A stretch of DNA of 63,913 nucleotides, the filler included, from Stramenopiles sp. TOSAG23-2 (Eukaryota), in assembly GCA_900128395.1 (NCBI GenBank). It is 3 parts of 3 records of this genome, joined end to end, with 100 filler letters (N's around TTAATTAATTAA, not from the genome) between each part and the next. Parts side by side here need not be neighbours in the genome. Positions count along the whole stretch, not along the records: positions 1 to 22,899 come from LT649499.1; 2 more parts are not named here. One strand, given 5' to 3'. The position numbers were made by a program, and so were the translations under genes. The notes under the pieces were generated by a model. It worked only from the letters and a program-made list of their open reading frames with translations. It made no database searches and was not told the DNA's origin. The stretch's first letter is position 1; every line of letters starts with the position of its first letter. Shown in pieces: positions 9,678-21,900 of the stretch.

Positions 9678-11291
9678 TTATGCTTGTATATGAATAGCAA
9701 CTTCAACTCCATATTTATATTTACATGCTTCACTAGTACTATCAGCTAAAACATATAATATATGTTGATCGTCATTAAAATCGCTTTTCACACAGGATTC
9801 AGGATAAATATTTACATTTGGTTTTCCTTTATTTTCACCATTTTGATAATAATATTCATTTGATATAAAAATTTCAGTTGGCATAGCTATTGTTGTATCA
9901 AGGTGATATTTTAATTCAAATTCACCAGTATCAACATTAAATTTCATTGATGTAATATTACCAGCAACAGCACGTGCATGCGTTCTAGCTAAATATTTCG
10001 CTTTTCTAGGCCGCCCACTTGTTTTATTCCATGGCATGCCATATCCTGTTTTACAGCTACCATATTCAGCCCATTGTGAATCACCATGTATTGTTTCATT
10101 GTTTTCCCTGCAAAATGTTTTCCATTCCCAGGTCGCCCAACTTTGTAAAAATCGATCACAATTATCAGCAACACCATTTTTTAAATAAAAATTCTCAAAT
10201 TGATCAGGCGCCATCGTTTCAGTCAACATTGATCCTGTAGATAATTTACGTGCAACATTTCGTTGTACTTCAATTTGAAATTCCGATGAATTTGTAAATT
10301 GAGGACCATCACCACAACAATAATAATGATATGCTAAAACAGATTTTGACGGATTGTAATTTGGTGGATGATCAAATGCAACACCAAAATCAGCCCATGG
10401 AAGGCCAGCAAAGAAAATTAAACGATTTTCATCTACTGCACTAATTTTCTTCGCTACAATATCATATGCACCTTGCATATTTTTATAATCTGCACTATAT
10501 GGTTTTAATGGTATTACGATTCCTGGATAATGATAAAAATCCCCTGCAGCAGGTTCATTAATCAATTCAATACCTAAAATTGAACTAACATTTTTAAATC
10601 GTAAAGCAACATGTGCTAACATATCACCCCATGCATCTGTCAATCCATCAACATTGCTCCACAATGCTTGCCATGAGGAACTTTCAGATTCCGCAGCATA
10701 ATAGGCTGCCCATCCAAATCTTTTACAATCTTCTCGAACAGGGAAATTGTTTTTATCTTTTCTTGTATATGCCTTTGACAATGGCTCTGGAAAATTTCCA
10801 AAATAATTTCGCATCCCATCAGATTCAATAGCCCATGTAGGAAAGCCTTCTCCACAAAAATATTCATGCATAGAATCTTGATGCATATCGATTAGAAAAT
10901 ACAGACCGTATTGTTCACCACGCGTAATTATACTTTCTACGATATCTAAATACGTCTCGTTGTATTTTCCACGGGTAGGTTCGACACCTGGCCACATAAC
11001 ACCTAACCTAATAACGGTAAAACCTAAAGTTTTCATTAACTGAAAATCTTCATCTGTCAATGATATATCTTCTGAAAATGTATGGACATCAGGAATCCAT
11101 GGTGGACCTTTGACAACAACGTTTGTGCCATGAAAAATTCTTTGCCTTGAATGAGAATCAACAAATACTTGTTCGTTTGTTATCGCTCGACGTTGTGATA
11201 TAGGGGGAAGACTGGTGGCATATGTATTTCTTCTTAGTATTAACAGTAATGATATTATTACAATAAACAAATATTTTTTTAATATTTCCAT
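9678..11291 (-). CDS. Endoglycoceramidase, glycoside hydrolase family 5 with C-terminal beta-sandwich, secreted/lysosomal
   Basis: Signal peptide; FHGTNVVVKGPPW, IRLGVMWPGVEP.RGKYNETYL, IDMHQD, catalytic ELINEP, AYHYY, LTE nucleophile, LARTHARAVAG. Confidence 0.92.
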   Translation of the reverse strand: MEILKKYLFIVIISLLLILRRNTYATSLPPISQRRAITNEQVFVDSHSRQRIFHGTNVVVKGPPWIPDVHTFSEDISLTDEDFQLMKTLGFTVIRLGVMWPGVEPTRGKYNETYLDIVESIITRGEQYGLYFLIDMHQDSMHEYFCGEGFPTWAIESDGMRNYFGNFPEPLSKAYTRKDKNNFPVREDCKRFGWAAYYAAESESSSWQALWSNVDGLTDAWGDMLAHVALRFKNVSSILGIELINEPAAGDFYHYPGIVIPLKPYSADYKNMQGAYDIVAKKISAVDENRLIFFAGLPWADFGVAFDHPPNYNPSKSVLAYHYYCCGDGPQFTNSSEFQIEVQRNVARKLSTGSMLTETMAPDQFENFYLKNGVADNCDRFLQSWATWEWKTFCRENNETIHGDSQWAEYGSCKTGYGMPWNKTSGRPRKAKYLARTHARAVAGNITSMKFNVDTGEFELKYHLDTTIAMPTEIFISNEYYYQNGENKGKPNVNIYPESCVKSDFNDDQHILYVLADSTSEACKYKYGVEVAIHIQA

Positions 11292-12607
11292 AATTTGTTA
11301 TATGTATAATAATTATTATGACAAAAAATAAATAATATATTTAGGCTTTTTTCTTATTAAATTAATGACGAAAGAAGACGTCAAAGAAAAGCAAACATAA
11401 ATAGCAAAACAATATAGATGTTACTAGTAGAGAATACACCTCGTTTTCTAATGTAATACTTTCTTGTAATTTTTCCTGTTTATGTCGGACGTGGTGGTAT
11501 ATATTTACGCTCATAATATCTCTATACATGTAAATAAAAGTTTATATATCAAAACAACAACAAACGTGCATTCCTCCCTAAGTATAAATAATTACTATAT
11601 ACCCGTATTCTAAAAATTAAATATTTTAGGGCACGCGATCAAAACACCACCGGGCTTGATATTTCTTTGATATAAAATACTTAAATTTACATGTATTTCC
11701 TTGTTGACACATTAGAGCAACGTGCTAGAGCTTCTTTACAGTAGTCTAGCATGTACGCACGTACCTACAACACCTCCTAAAGCTTTACTAACGACATTCT
11801 TCTTTTTATTAATTTCTAAATGTTGCAAATATGTGCAAATATCCGTTTTATAATTCTTCTAGTTTTTTGAGGAAATTTGCTTTTTATTATTATTTACTAT
11901 AGGTACAATTAGCAGCAACAATATTATACCTGTGGTAGCACATGTTGCACACATCAGTAAATTAAAATCATCATCTCACACCTGATATATTATATAGAAT
12001 ATATGTATGCAAATTAGCTATATCGTATAATATATACAATCACAAAACACATATTTATATTTACAAAATTAGATAGAGATGGTGATGGAGATTTTGATAA
12101 GAGTGACTTACAGAAGTGGATGAGTCAAGGAGATGTGCGATAGTAGAGACGGGTTGAAAAAGTTGTGTGTACAAAAATAATGTTGTTTTTCATATTTAGC
12201 TATATGTCTAGAATAGTGTTGTTTTTATTAAAATAAGTGCTGTACCTTACAAGGTGTGTGTACCTGCATCTTTATTCTAGATTTATAGAAAGATATCTTT
12301 TGATCCGCACATCCCCTTTGATGAAATTGCTATTTTAAGGCATAATCAAAGAGATTTTTTCTGGCCTCACTGGCATAATAGCCTTTACCTACTTTCTATT
12401 CTATTTTAATACCTTAATCATCAACGACCCTGGAAAAACAACAACAACCCAAAAAAGAAAAAAAAAATGTAGAGTAAATATGAATGACTATTATACTGTA
12501 TGGAAGAGATATAAGTACACTACAACAAACCAATTCAACGTCAGCCAAAGTAGTGCAAGCATTCTCTAACCTTCACAAATTTTATTTCTCTCTCTATATA
12601 TATAACG

Positions 12608-14254
12608 ATGAGTGCGATAACGAACGAAGCGGATAAAATAGGAAATAACAACAACAATAATAATAATAATAATAGTAATAAAAAAAGAAAATTAAATACG
12701 GAGGATGAAAATATTGATGCAGAGACGACGACGACGACAACATCAAACTCTCCTCCTCCTCCTCCAACAACAACAACAGCAACAGCAACGGCAGCAAAGG
12801 AAAAACCAAAGGATACATTAGAAGATCAAAATTATCGGTATGCAACGTGGAAATCCAATGCATTTAACATGTACGATTTATTAATACACCATGATTTAGA
12901 TTGGCCATCACTTTGTATCGCATGGGGTGCGTTGGAAAATAAAGAATCTAATGCACAAGGTTCTTCCGGTGCTAATGGTCTTGAATTTCAAGTAAATAAA
13001 GTGGAAAATGAAAAAGAAAAATATCAAAAATTACAACAATTTTACTTTTCATCACGCACAGATGGATATTATAATTTAAATGGATGTACATGGGATGGCC
13101 ATCCACATATGTTGTACGGTGCTAAAGTAGAATTGAATGAGCCACATACATCTAACAATAGAGGAACATCAAAATTTACAGAAACAAAAAAAGATAAACG
13201 TATTCATATATCAAAAAGGATCGTACATCCTGGTGAAGTGAATAAAATGCGAGTTTGTCGACAGTATAATAATATCTTAGCAACTCATAGTGATTCTCAT
13301 TTGACTTATATATGGGATATGGATAAGCAAGAAAACCAAATGGATAAAGTAAATGCACAACCAAATATACCAGATTTAACATTGACTGGACATACAGATA
13401 TGGCTGAATATGCATTGGCATGGTGTAAATCATGTCCTAATTTATTAAGTGGTGGCTCTGATAATACAGTTATTATATGGTCATTACAGGATTACTTGTC
13501 GAATGGTAGTAGTAGTAGAAAGTTAAATAATACACCTGATAAAAGCAAAGGTATCTTAGGTGCATCATTAGATGCGAAATATACATTTAATGGCCATACA
13601 GGTCCAGTGGAAGATGTTAAATTTGACCCGGAAAGTCATACTGGCACACAATGTTGCAGTGTTGGAGATGATCGTAATTTATTTTTTTGGGATGGCCGTA
13701 AAGGTACATCGCCGTGTGACAAAGTTGTAAACGCACATGCGGATGATATTAATTGTGTAGTATGGAATCCATATAATAGGAATATTGTATGTACAGGCGC
13801 AAGTGATGGTACAATACATCAATATGATGTTAGGAAATTAAGCAGCGGAGCAGTGCATGAAATTGGCAAAGGTTTAGAGATAGGAAATATTACAACAATG
13901 CAATGGTTACCACATAGCCCGAAACATTTTGCAAGTGCTGATGATGATGGTGTGTTATATATATGGGATATAACACGTGTTGGTGTATCGACAGATATGG
14001 ATCCGATATCATTAGGATCGAAAGATTTACCACAAGAAATGATATTTAAACATATGGGTCATCGTGCCGGTGTTACAGATTTTGATTGTAACATTATTAG
14101 TCCGTGGACATTTGCATCTATGTCTGATGATGGTGATTTAGGTGGTGGAACATTGCAATTATGGCGTGTAAATGAATGGATTTATGATGATAGTGCTGAA
14201 CTTTTGAATAAAATTGGTGACATGATTGAAAAAAATACTGCAAAAAAGAAGTAA
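12608..14254 (+). CDS. WD40 histone-binding protein RBBP4/MSI family (MSI4/FVE-like)
   Basis: YATWKSN..MYDLLIHHDLDWPSL (CAF1C_H4-bd), HPGEVNKMR, PDLTLTGH, FKHMGHRAGVTDF, DDGDLGGGTLQLWR. Confidence 0.9.
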   Translation: MSAITNEADKIGNNNNNNNNNNSNKKRKLNTEDENIDAETTTTTTSNSPPPPPTTTTATATAAKEKPKDTLEDQNYRYATWKSNAFNMYDLLIHHDLDWPSLCIAWGALENKESNAQGSSGANGLEFQVNKVENEKEKYQKLQQFYFSSRTDGYYNLNGCTWDGHPHMLYGAKVELNEPHTSNNRGTSKFTETKKDKRIHISKRIVHPGEVNKMRVCRQYNNILATHSDSHLTYIWDMDKQENQMDKVNAQPNIPDLTLTGHTDMAEYALAWCKSCPNLLSGGSDNTVIIWSLQDYLSNGSSSRKLNNTPDKSKGILGASLDAKYTFNGHTGPVEDVKFDPESHTGTQCCSVGDDRNLFFWDGRKGTSPCDKVVNAHADDINCVVWNPYNRNIVCTGASDGTIHQYDVRKLSSGAVHEIGKGLEIGNITTMQWLPHSPKHFASADDDGVLYIWDITRVGVSTDMDPISLGSKDLPQEMIFKHMGHRAGVTDFDCNIISPWTFASMSDDGDLGGGTLQLWRVNEWIYDDSAELLNKIGDMIEKNTAKKK

Positions 14255-14448
14255 AAGAATGAGGAAGGAGAATAGGGGAGAAAGGGGAAATGTGTGTGGG
14301 TGTGTGGTGGGTTCTTTTTATGTAGTGTACATCATATATTATATAATAATTCGAAAAATACATTATATCTTTTTAAATGATAATATATATATATATATAT
14401 AATATATATGCATAATATCATATCATATCTTCTCATAAGTAATTTTGT

Positions 14449-15081
14449 TCATAATGGTTCATTATTTAATCGATCTACATCCATTAATAATCGTTCTATT
14501 TGCATAATACTTTTAGCATTTTGTGATATTGATTGATCAACGCGACTTTTAATAGTTTTTTCCCTAACAACTAAAGAATTTCTTGTTATTGCATGATTAC
14601 TTGCATCTAATTTATTTTTTTGTATCCTACGTCTTATCTCCAGGATTATATTACCTATCTTTTTCAATGATGCTTTCAAGTCGTTTGTTTCGTTTGTATA
14701 GTTGTTTATTTCTTTATTATATTTATTTATTTCAATAGAATTATTTCGTATGTGTCGTTTTAAATTTTCTATTTCTCTTTCCCCTGCTATTCTTTCTTTC
14801 CGTTTTCGTTTCGTCGCTTTTATCGAATTCTGTGTCAATTCATGCAATTTATTAAAATTAGATTGTATGCCAGAAATTTTTCCATCCATTAAATGTCCTT
14901 CTTTTATTAATTCTGTGATTTTATCTGTAACTTTAATACGATATAATTCTCTTAAACGTACTTGTTCTTGTAATTTTTGTACTTGACCATATAAAGAATT
15001 TATTTGTTCCGGTGGTGGTTCCTCATTATTACTACTATTATTGTTTGTCGAAAAGGAAGTAGAGGAGGTAAATGATGCCAT
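14449..15081 (-). CDS. Hypothetical coiled-coil protein
   Basis: 210-aa ATG ORF with heptad pattern; no recognisable domain. Confidence 0.6.
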   Translation of the reverse strand: MASFTSSTSFSTNNNSSNNEEPPPEQINSLYGQVQKLQEQVRLRELYRIKVTDKITELIKEGHLMDGKISGIQSNFNKLHELTQNSIKATKRKRKERIAGEREIENLKRHIRNNSIEINKYNKEINNYTNETNDLKASLKKIGNIILEIRRRIQKNKLDASNHAITRNSLVVREKTIKSRVDQSISQNAKSIMQIERLLMDVDRLNNEPL

Positions 15082-15391
15082 GATTTGTGTGTGTATATAT
15101 ATATATATCTTTTATAAATAAAAATATTCAAATTAAAGTAATGCAACTTATTTCTTTTGTACCTTTCTATTCTTTTCTTTCCAACAAGCTAATATATATA
15201 CATCATTAAAACATTGCCATTCCTACCCAAAATACAAAAATATAAATATGAAAATTCTGTTTGTATTTTTCAAACTATATCGAATATCAAAAAAATGAAA
15301 GCGAAAAGAGTATATTGAGAACAATAGCACCGTCTAATTCATAGATATATAAAATTTCAAACGCCTTTATCATCTACATATATACAACATT

Positions 15392-15691
15392 ATGTCCTCT
15401 TCAGCATTGACAAATGTCACGAATGCAGTGAAATTTATATTTTGGGGCGCTGGTTCCTTTTTATGTTGGGATTATATGATAGCAAGTGGAAATGGCTTTT
15501 ATGCTGCATTGCCAAATAATTTGAAAGCGATATTCCTTATACTCGTACCGTCCGTCACCGCAGCTTATTTGAATCTAACGCAAATGTGGCATCTTCAAAA
15601 TTTACTTGGAAAACAAAATAGTCAGTTTTATATTCGATTAATGGCCGTTTTAGTTTTGTTGAGTAATGGTACATTAAAAAATGGATTGTAA
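15392..15691 (+). CDS. Small hypothetical membrane protein (2-3 hydrophobic segments)
   Basis: 99-aa ATG ORF, GC-richer than its flanks, protein-like composition. Confidence 0.5.
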   Translation: MSSSALTNVTNAVKFIFWGAGSFLCWDYMIASGNGFYAALPNNLKAIFLILVPSVTAAYLNLTQMWHLQNLLGKQNSQFYIRLMAVLVLLSNGTLKNGL

Positions 15692-15994
15692 TATTTGTAA
15701 CATTTTGTAAATAATTTTTTTTTTGTAAAATAATGTCGATGTGTAATACGAACTCGTATATTATTTCTCTTACTCCTTACTCATATATTATATACTCGTA
15801 TATATATATACATCATACGAAGAGATGACAGCAGCACAAGTACTTGAAGCACGTACTTATTAAAAAAGGTGAACTGGATTTATCTTGTATTATAAACGAC
15901 TAATATGGTAAAACTTAACATATACTTCGTACGTATTAAATCCGCACAGAGGCGTCATAAAACTCCGACACACAACACTCTCTCTCCCTCTTTT

Positions 15995-18900
15995 TTAAAT
16001 ATCAATTGCATATGAACCTCCACCACCACTACTATTATTGTTATTTGCAATTGCTGATGTGGTGGATGATGTATTTTTCATTGAATCTGGCATTTCCCAT
16101 TGGCTAGTTCCATTAACACTGTTGTAAAAGAAATATTCTCCAGTTTGTTCATCTAAAAATTCTGTCCAATTACCTTCAACACGTATAGCTTTACTACGAC
16201 TACGTAAGACTTGCCACATTTTCTTTGCTTTGACTGCATTGCCTGCTTTTGGAGTAGATGGCAAAACTTGATTCGTTGATTCTAAATGTTGCTCTTTTTG
16301 GGCCTTGTTTGGATCATCACCAAAATAATCAGGTGGTTTTTCCCATTGTGATTCACCTGTCTCCGTATTCCAAAAGTATAAATTTTTACCTTTCGGTGTA
16401 GCCACAGGTTGCCATTTAGATTTTGCAACTTGACGCTGCTGATGTGTTGATGTATTTGCATATGCAGCTTCATCAAAACCAGGAGGTTTTTCCCATTGTG
16501 ATATGTTTTGAGTTGATAAATGATAAAAAACTTCTTGCGTTGCATCATCTATCATTTCTGCCCATCCATTCACAGTTTGTATGGTTCGTGAACGGCTTAA
16601 CATAACTTTCCATAAACGTTTTGTATGTGGAAGATCAGCAGAACCAGGAGTTGAAGGCAAATGTTCACCTTGTGACGATGTATGAGCATCATAACCAACT
16701 GGAACTTGGCGTTGCGCAGCACCTGTATTTTTATTGTAGTAATACAATAAACGTCCTTTTGGGGTCATTACAGGTTCCCACACTTCAGAGCGTACACTTT
16801 GATGAGTGGAAGTATGTGCTTCCTCCCATCTACCACCGGATAAGGACTTTGGCATCTCCCATTGCGAAGTACCATTTGATGTATTATAGTAAAATCGCTC
16901 TTGTGAATGCGGATCAAGCATTTCTAACCAATCTCCTTGTATACGTTGTGTTTTTGATCGATGCCTTAATGCATCCCACAATTGTTGTGATTCAGATAAT
17001 TCAGACATTGTTTTATCTTTATCATTTGATGGCAACACATGACTTTCAGTAGGTTCGGGACTTTTTAATGCATCTGGCTTTTCCCATTGGCTATGTCCAG
17101 TATGCCAATCATAATAATATAAATTCTTACCTTTTGGTGTTGCAATAGGTTCCCATCGTTTTCCATGTTTATTTGTATGAATAGCATTATTATTACCAGT
17201 TGTTGCTGTTGTTGAAGCTTGTTGTTGCAGCGCCTGTTGATGTTGTCCAGGATTCACCCAATCATTTGGTACTTCCCATTGTGCTGTACCAGTTGTTTCG
17301 TTGTAATAAAACTTTTCCCCCGTTTGGCTATCAAGCATTTCACCCCATTCTCCGGATGTACGTTGGCGTTCGGCGCGTTTGACTAAGACGGACCATAATT
17401 TCTTCGCCGCTTTTTCATCTTCAGATTTAGGCGTTGAAGGCAATATACGAGCTTTCTGCTTCACGCCTTGAGGCGTCTTTAATTCATTTGGTTTTTCCCA
17501 ACTGCTCTCGCCCGTATGCCAATTATAGTAATATAAATTTCGTCCCATTGGGGTTGCAATACCTTCCCATATAACGTCCTCATTCGTTTTGCGTTTCGGC
17601 GTTATCATTCCATCCTGTTCCGCACCAGTTGTACTCGTTGTTTCAGCAGATTCGTTTATATTTTTTGGCAATTCCCATTGAGAGATCATTTTCTTTGGAT
17701 TGTGATAAAAATGTTCATTCGTTTGTGAATCTTTCATTTGATGCCAATCTCCCTTAACCGCTACAACAGTCGAACGCTTCAGCAAAATATTCCATAAATC
17801 ATGTGCTTGCCTATAGTCTTTTGTTTTTGGCGTAGATGGTAATGGTAAAGCATTTTTAGCAGGTAAATTTTCAACCTCTGCTGGTTTTTCCCATTGACTT
17901 TCTCCAGATTGCCAATTATACCAATATAAATTTTTCCCAGTCGGTGTTGCTATTGGTTCCCATTTTCTATTTTCTCCATTTCCATTACTATTGGCAATAT
18001 TACTATTCATATTATTTGCACCACCGGTCCATGATTGCATTGGCATCATAGAATTTTCATCAAACGTATCTCCACTTTCAAGCTCACGATCGGTTTCCCC
18101 ACCACGTGTTGTGCGTACTGAATCTACTACCATCACCTGGTTGGCAATACCAATTGCATTGCTATTTGTTTCACCCAGTACCTTTGGACTTTTATATGGC
18201 TCAATTTCGCCTTGTTCTTCTAAATCTGTATCAGTGTCAATCGTTATACTACGACTTAGACGACGCATTCGTATGCTATTATTTAAGTCAACTTTAATGG
18301 ATTCCTTCTCCTCTTTTTGCTCTTCGTCTTTTTCTAAATTTTTTTCACTATCATCATCCTCTAATTCTTTTTCTGAAAACAATTGTTGCTGTACATTATT
18401 TGAATGCCCAACCTGTGGTGTTAATTCTTCCGTATCAGGAACTTTTGCAAGTTTTACTTGTTTTTTCTCTTCCTCTGCCAATAAACGTTTCTTTTCTTCT
18501 TCTTCTTCTTCCTTTTTTGCAAGTTGTTGTTTCTTTGCTTCTTCCTCCTCCGCCTCTTTTCTCTTTCTTTCTTTCTCCTCCTCCTCTTCTTCCTTTCTCT
18601 TTTTTTCTTCCGCCACCTTAGCTTCTTTTTCTTTTAACAATCGTTCTTGTTCGTCTAATTCATCACGTAAGCGTTGTGCTTCGGCACGCTCTCGTTCTGC
18701 TTCCTCCAAAGCTTTTTTAGCACCAGCTTTCATTTTCTCTTCCATTTCCAGTCGAATTTTTTCCTCCATTTCTAAACGTGCTTTTTCTGCATCTTCTTTC
18801 ATTTTCTTTTCTAATAAAAACTTTTGTTCTTCCGCTTTCGCCATTTCTTCCTCACGTTTAATTCGTTCTTGTTCCTCTTTGTCCTTTGCTTTTTGAATTT

Positions 18901-21900
18901 CAGCTTCTAATGCAGCTTTTTCTTCAGCAATACGCAATTCGTATTCTTCTTTTTCCTTTCTCATTTTTTCTGCACGAAGTTTTTCTTCCTGTATTTGCTT
19001 TTGTTTTTCTTTCTCCCGTTTTTCCTGCTCTAATTTTAATCTTTCCAGTTCCTCTTTGCGTATAATTTCTTGTTCTTTTAAAATAGCTTCTTTTTCAGCT
19101 TCCTCAATAGCTAATCGTGCTTCTAATTGTGCCATTTTTTCAGTTAATTCTTGCTGTGCTTTTCGTTCTTTTTCCATTTGCATTTCATATTCCTTTCTTG
19201 CTTTTTCTTCCTTTTCAAGACGATCTTTTTCTGCTTTTAATTTTGCTTCTTCTAATTCTTTTAATTGCTGTTTTTCCCAATCTTCTTTTTCCTTTTGCAA
19301 TCGCATTTTCTCCTCTTCCATTGCTTTTGCTAAATCTGCCTTTTCCTTTTCTAATTGTTCACGTTCTAATTTTTCCGTGCGTTTTCTTTCTTCCTCCAAT
19401 TGCTTCATTTCCCATTGTTTTCTTTCTTGTTCCATCTTCAATTTTTCACGTTCAAGCTCTAATTTTTCCTTTTCAATTTGTTGTTTTTTCTCTTCTTCCT
19501 CCCTTTTTCGTTTGTCTTTTTCTGCTTGTAAACGTTTTTGTTGCGCTTGTTCCCTTGCTAACCATTCTTGCTTCAATTTTACACGCATTTCTTCCTCCTG
19601 TGCTTTTTTCTCTCTCTCTTCATTTTCTTTGATCAATCGTTCTTTTTCCTCCAAGGCTTTGCGTTTTTCCTCCTCCAAGGCTTCCATTTTAGCTTTACGT
19701 TCGTCCTCGAATTTTTTCTCTCGTTCTATTAATGCTTCTTTTTCTAATTCAAGTTTTTTCTTTGCTTCTTCCAACGCTTGTTGCTGTTCAGATTGCAATT
19801 GGTGTAATTTAGCTTCTAATTCTTTTCTATCTTTTTCTGCATATGTCAATTTTGGCGAAGGTGTATTAACGTCCATGTTTCTGTTTTCATTTGATAATTC
19901 AAAAATACGGTGATTGGTTCCTTTTTTCATGCTTTTGGTTGGAGAATTATATTCAATATTTTCATCACTACCACTATTTCCATCTAATATTTTTTGTTGG
20001 TTTAATTTATTTTCACCAGCACCTTGATCTGCATTTTCAGTATGTTGATATAAAATAGCTGGGTTTTCCTCGGCAATCTTATTGCGATATTCTTTATATT
20101 TCAAAATTGCTTGTCGTTGCCCTTCTTTTTCATCCTCAGTACTTGAGCCATTACCATCTGCATCTAATCGTTGTAATTTTCTAAGCGCATCAATAACATC
20201 GGCATATCGAACAGTAGAATTCTTGCCTGAATATTTTTCCTCACCAACTAATAGTTCTATTAATAATGACATGTCTTCAACACTTAATCCACAATCTGAT
20301 TTGATTAAACCATTTTTAAATTGCGCAGCAGATAGAGAACCTCGGCCACTTCTATCCATATCGGCAATGGTTGTCCCAATTGCTACAAGTCGTTTTTCAT
20401 ATTTAAACCTTCGATAATGCACGCTTCTTAATATATGTTCATTCATTTGTCTTAATAATTGTCGTAAACTTGGATCCTGAACAATGCTGCTAATACGTTG
20501 TGAACGTGCTGATTGCCTCGCTGATTGTTGTGATGCAGGGGACATAGTACGTGGATCCGGTGAGTGAAAAGGATCCCTATTCTTGTTTTTATTCTTACTG
20601 CTACTGCTTGTACCATTTCGATTATAAACTTTTTGAGGTGAAATGTATGAATCAATCACATCTTTCGATGCATTTTCCAACACATCATTTTTGGTACTAT
20701 TATTATTATTTTTACCTGTATTATTATTATTATCATTATTACCATTTTTATCATCGTTAACATCGTCATCAAAATCATCAGCGTACATATTTTCCTCATC
20801 CGAATCGGTATGACTGCTTGTATCTATCATCGGTGGTCGAGGTGGAGGGGGTGCTAACTTTCTTCGGGTTCTATTGTTTGAATACATGTCCTCTTCATCA
20901 GTAGTTGTTTGAGGTGAATTTGCTGATTTCATATTTGATGCATTCACTATCCTATCACTTTCCGAACCAGTACGTGCCCTAGATCGTTTCTTATCCACCG
21001 CATGTTTCCTTGCTATTGTATTTTCATCTGCCAATTCTAAATGAATTTCAGCTTGGTCAACACCAGGTACATCTTCAACAACTTTACGTGCTCTTCGTGC
21101 AACATAATGAACTTCTCTCATCAATAAATTAGGATTGACAAGAATTTCTACATCTGCTATGACACGCCCTTTTGCCCTTGCAACATTTGCTTGAGCCACA
21201 CTATATATTTCCTTAACGGTTGCCAATGCACTACATATGTCTTCTTCAATGTCAGCTGATAATCTACCATTAAATAAACGCTGTTGTGCATCTACATGTA
21301 CAATGACATCAGCGATGTAATCATGTGATCGCATTGCACATCTACGTGCTCGAGTAGCTATTTTATGTGCTTGCTTTACGGTAGTTCTACTATCAACTAA
21401 TATATGCGTATCAATAACAACATCTCCATCACCTATGTTTTGTATTTTCATTGCACCAACATCCAATACACTATCTAATGATAATAACGCTTCCGTCACG
21501 GCACGTTTAATGTTATTTTTTATGGTTTGCATCTTCTGTTTTCTACTTTTACTTATACCTCTTTTATTGCTGCTAATTCCACCTCTTGCTGCTTTCAATA
21601 AATTTCCATTTTGTGTCGATTTCGATTTGCGCATTTTCATCGTCCGTTTTTGGTTGTTTTTACGTGATAATGCAACAGCTGATACGGGGCGCCGCATATT
21701 TCTTCTCCTTTTTTGTGGCGAGCGTACCATTTTGCGCGGACTACTTCTTCTACGCGCAGATTGTGGCCGTCTCTTTTTCTTTCTACTATTCATTGAGCCA
21801 CTTCTTAATTTATTAGAATTACGTTGTTGCTCCATCTGTTCTAACTCAAAGCCTGTATCCTGTGTGCGACTTAATAAATATTCTCTAGCTTCTTCTAATA

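Noticed and set aside
11600-11880. Minus-strand IKPGGVLI (methyltransferase-like) in a stop-interrupted frame
   Set aside because: A single short motif with no other support.
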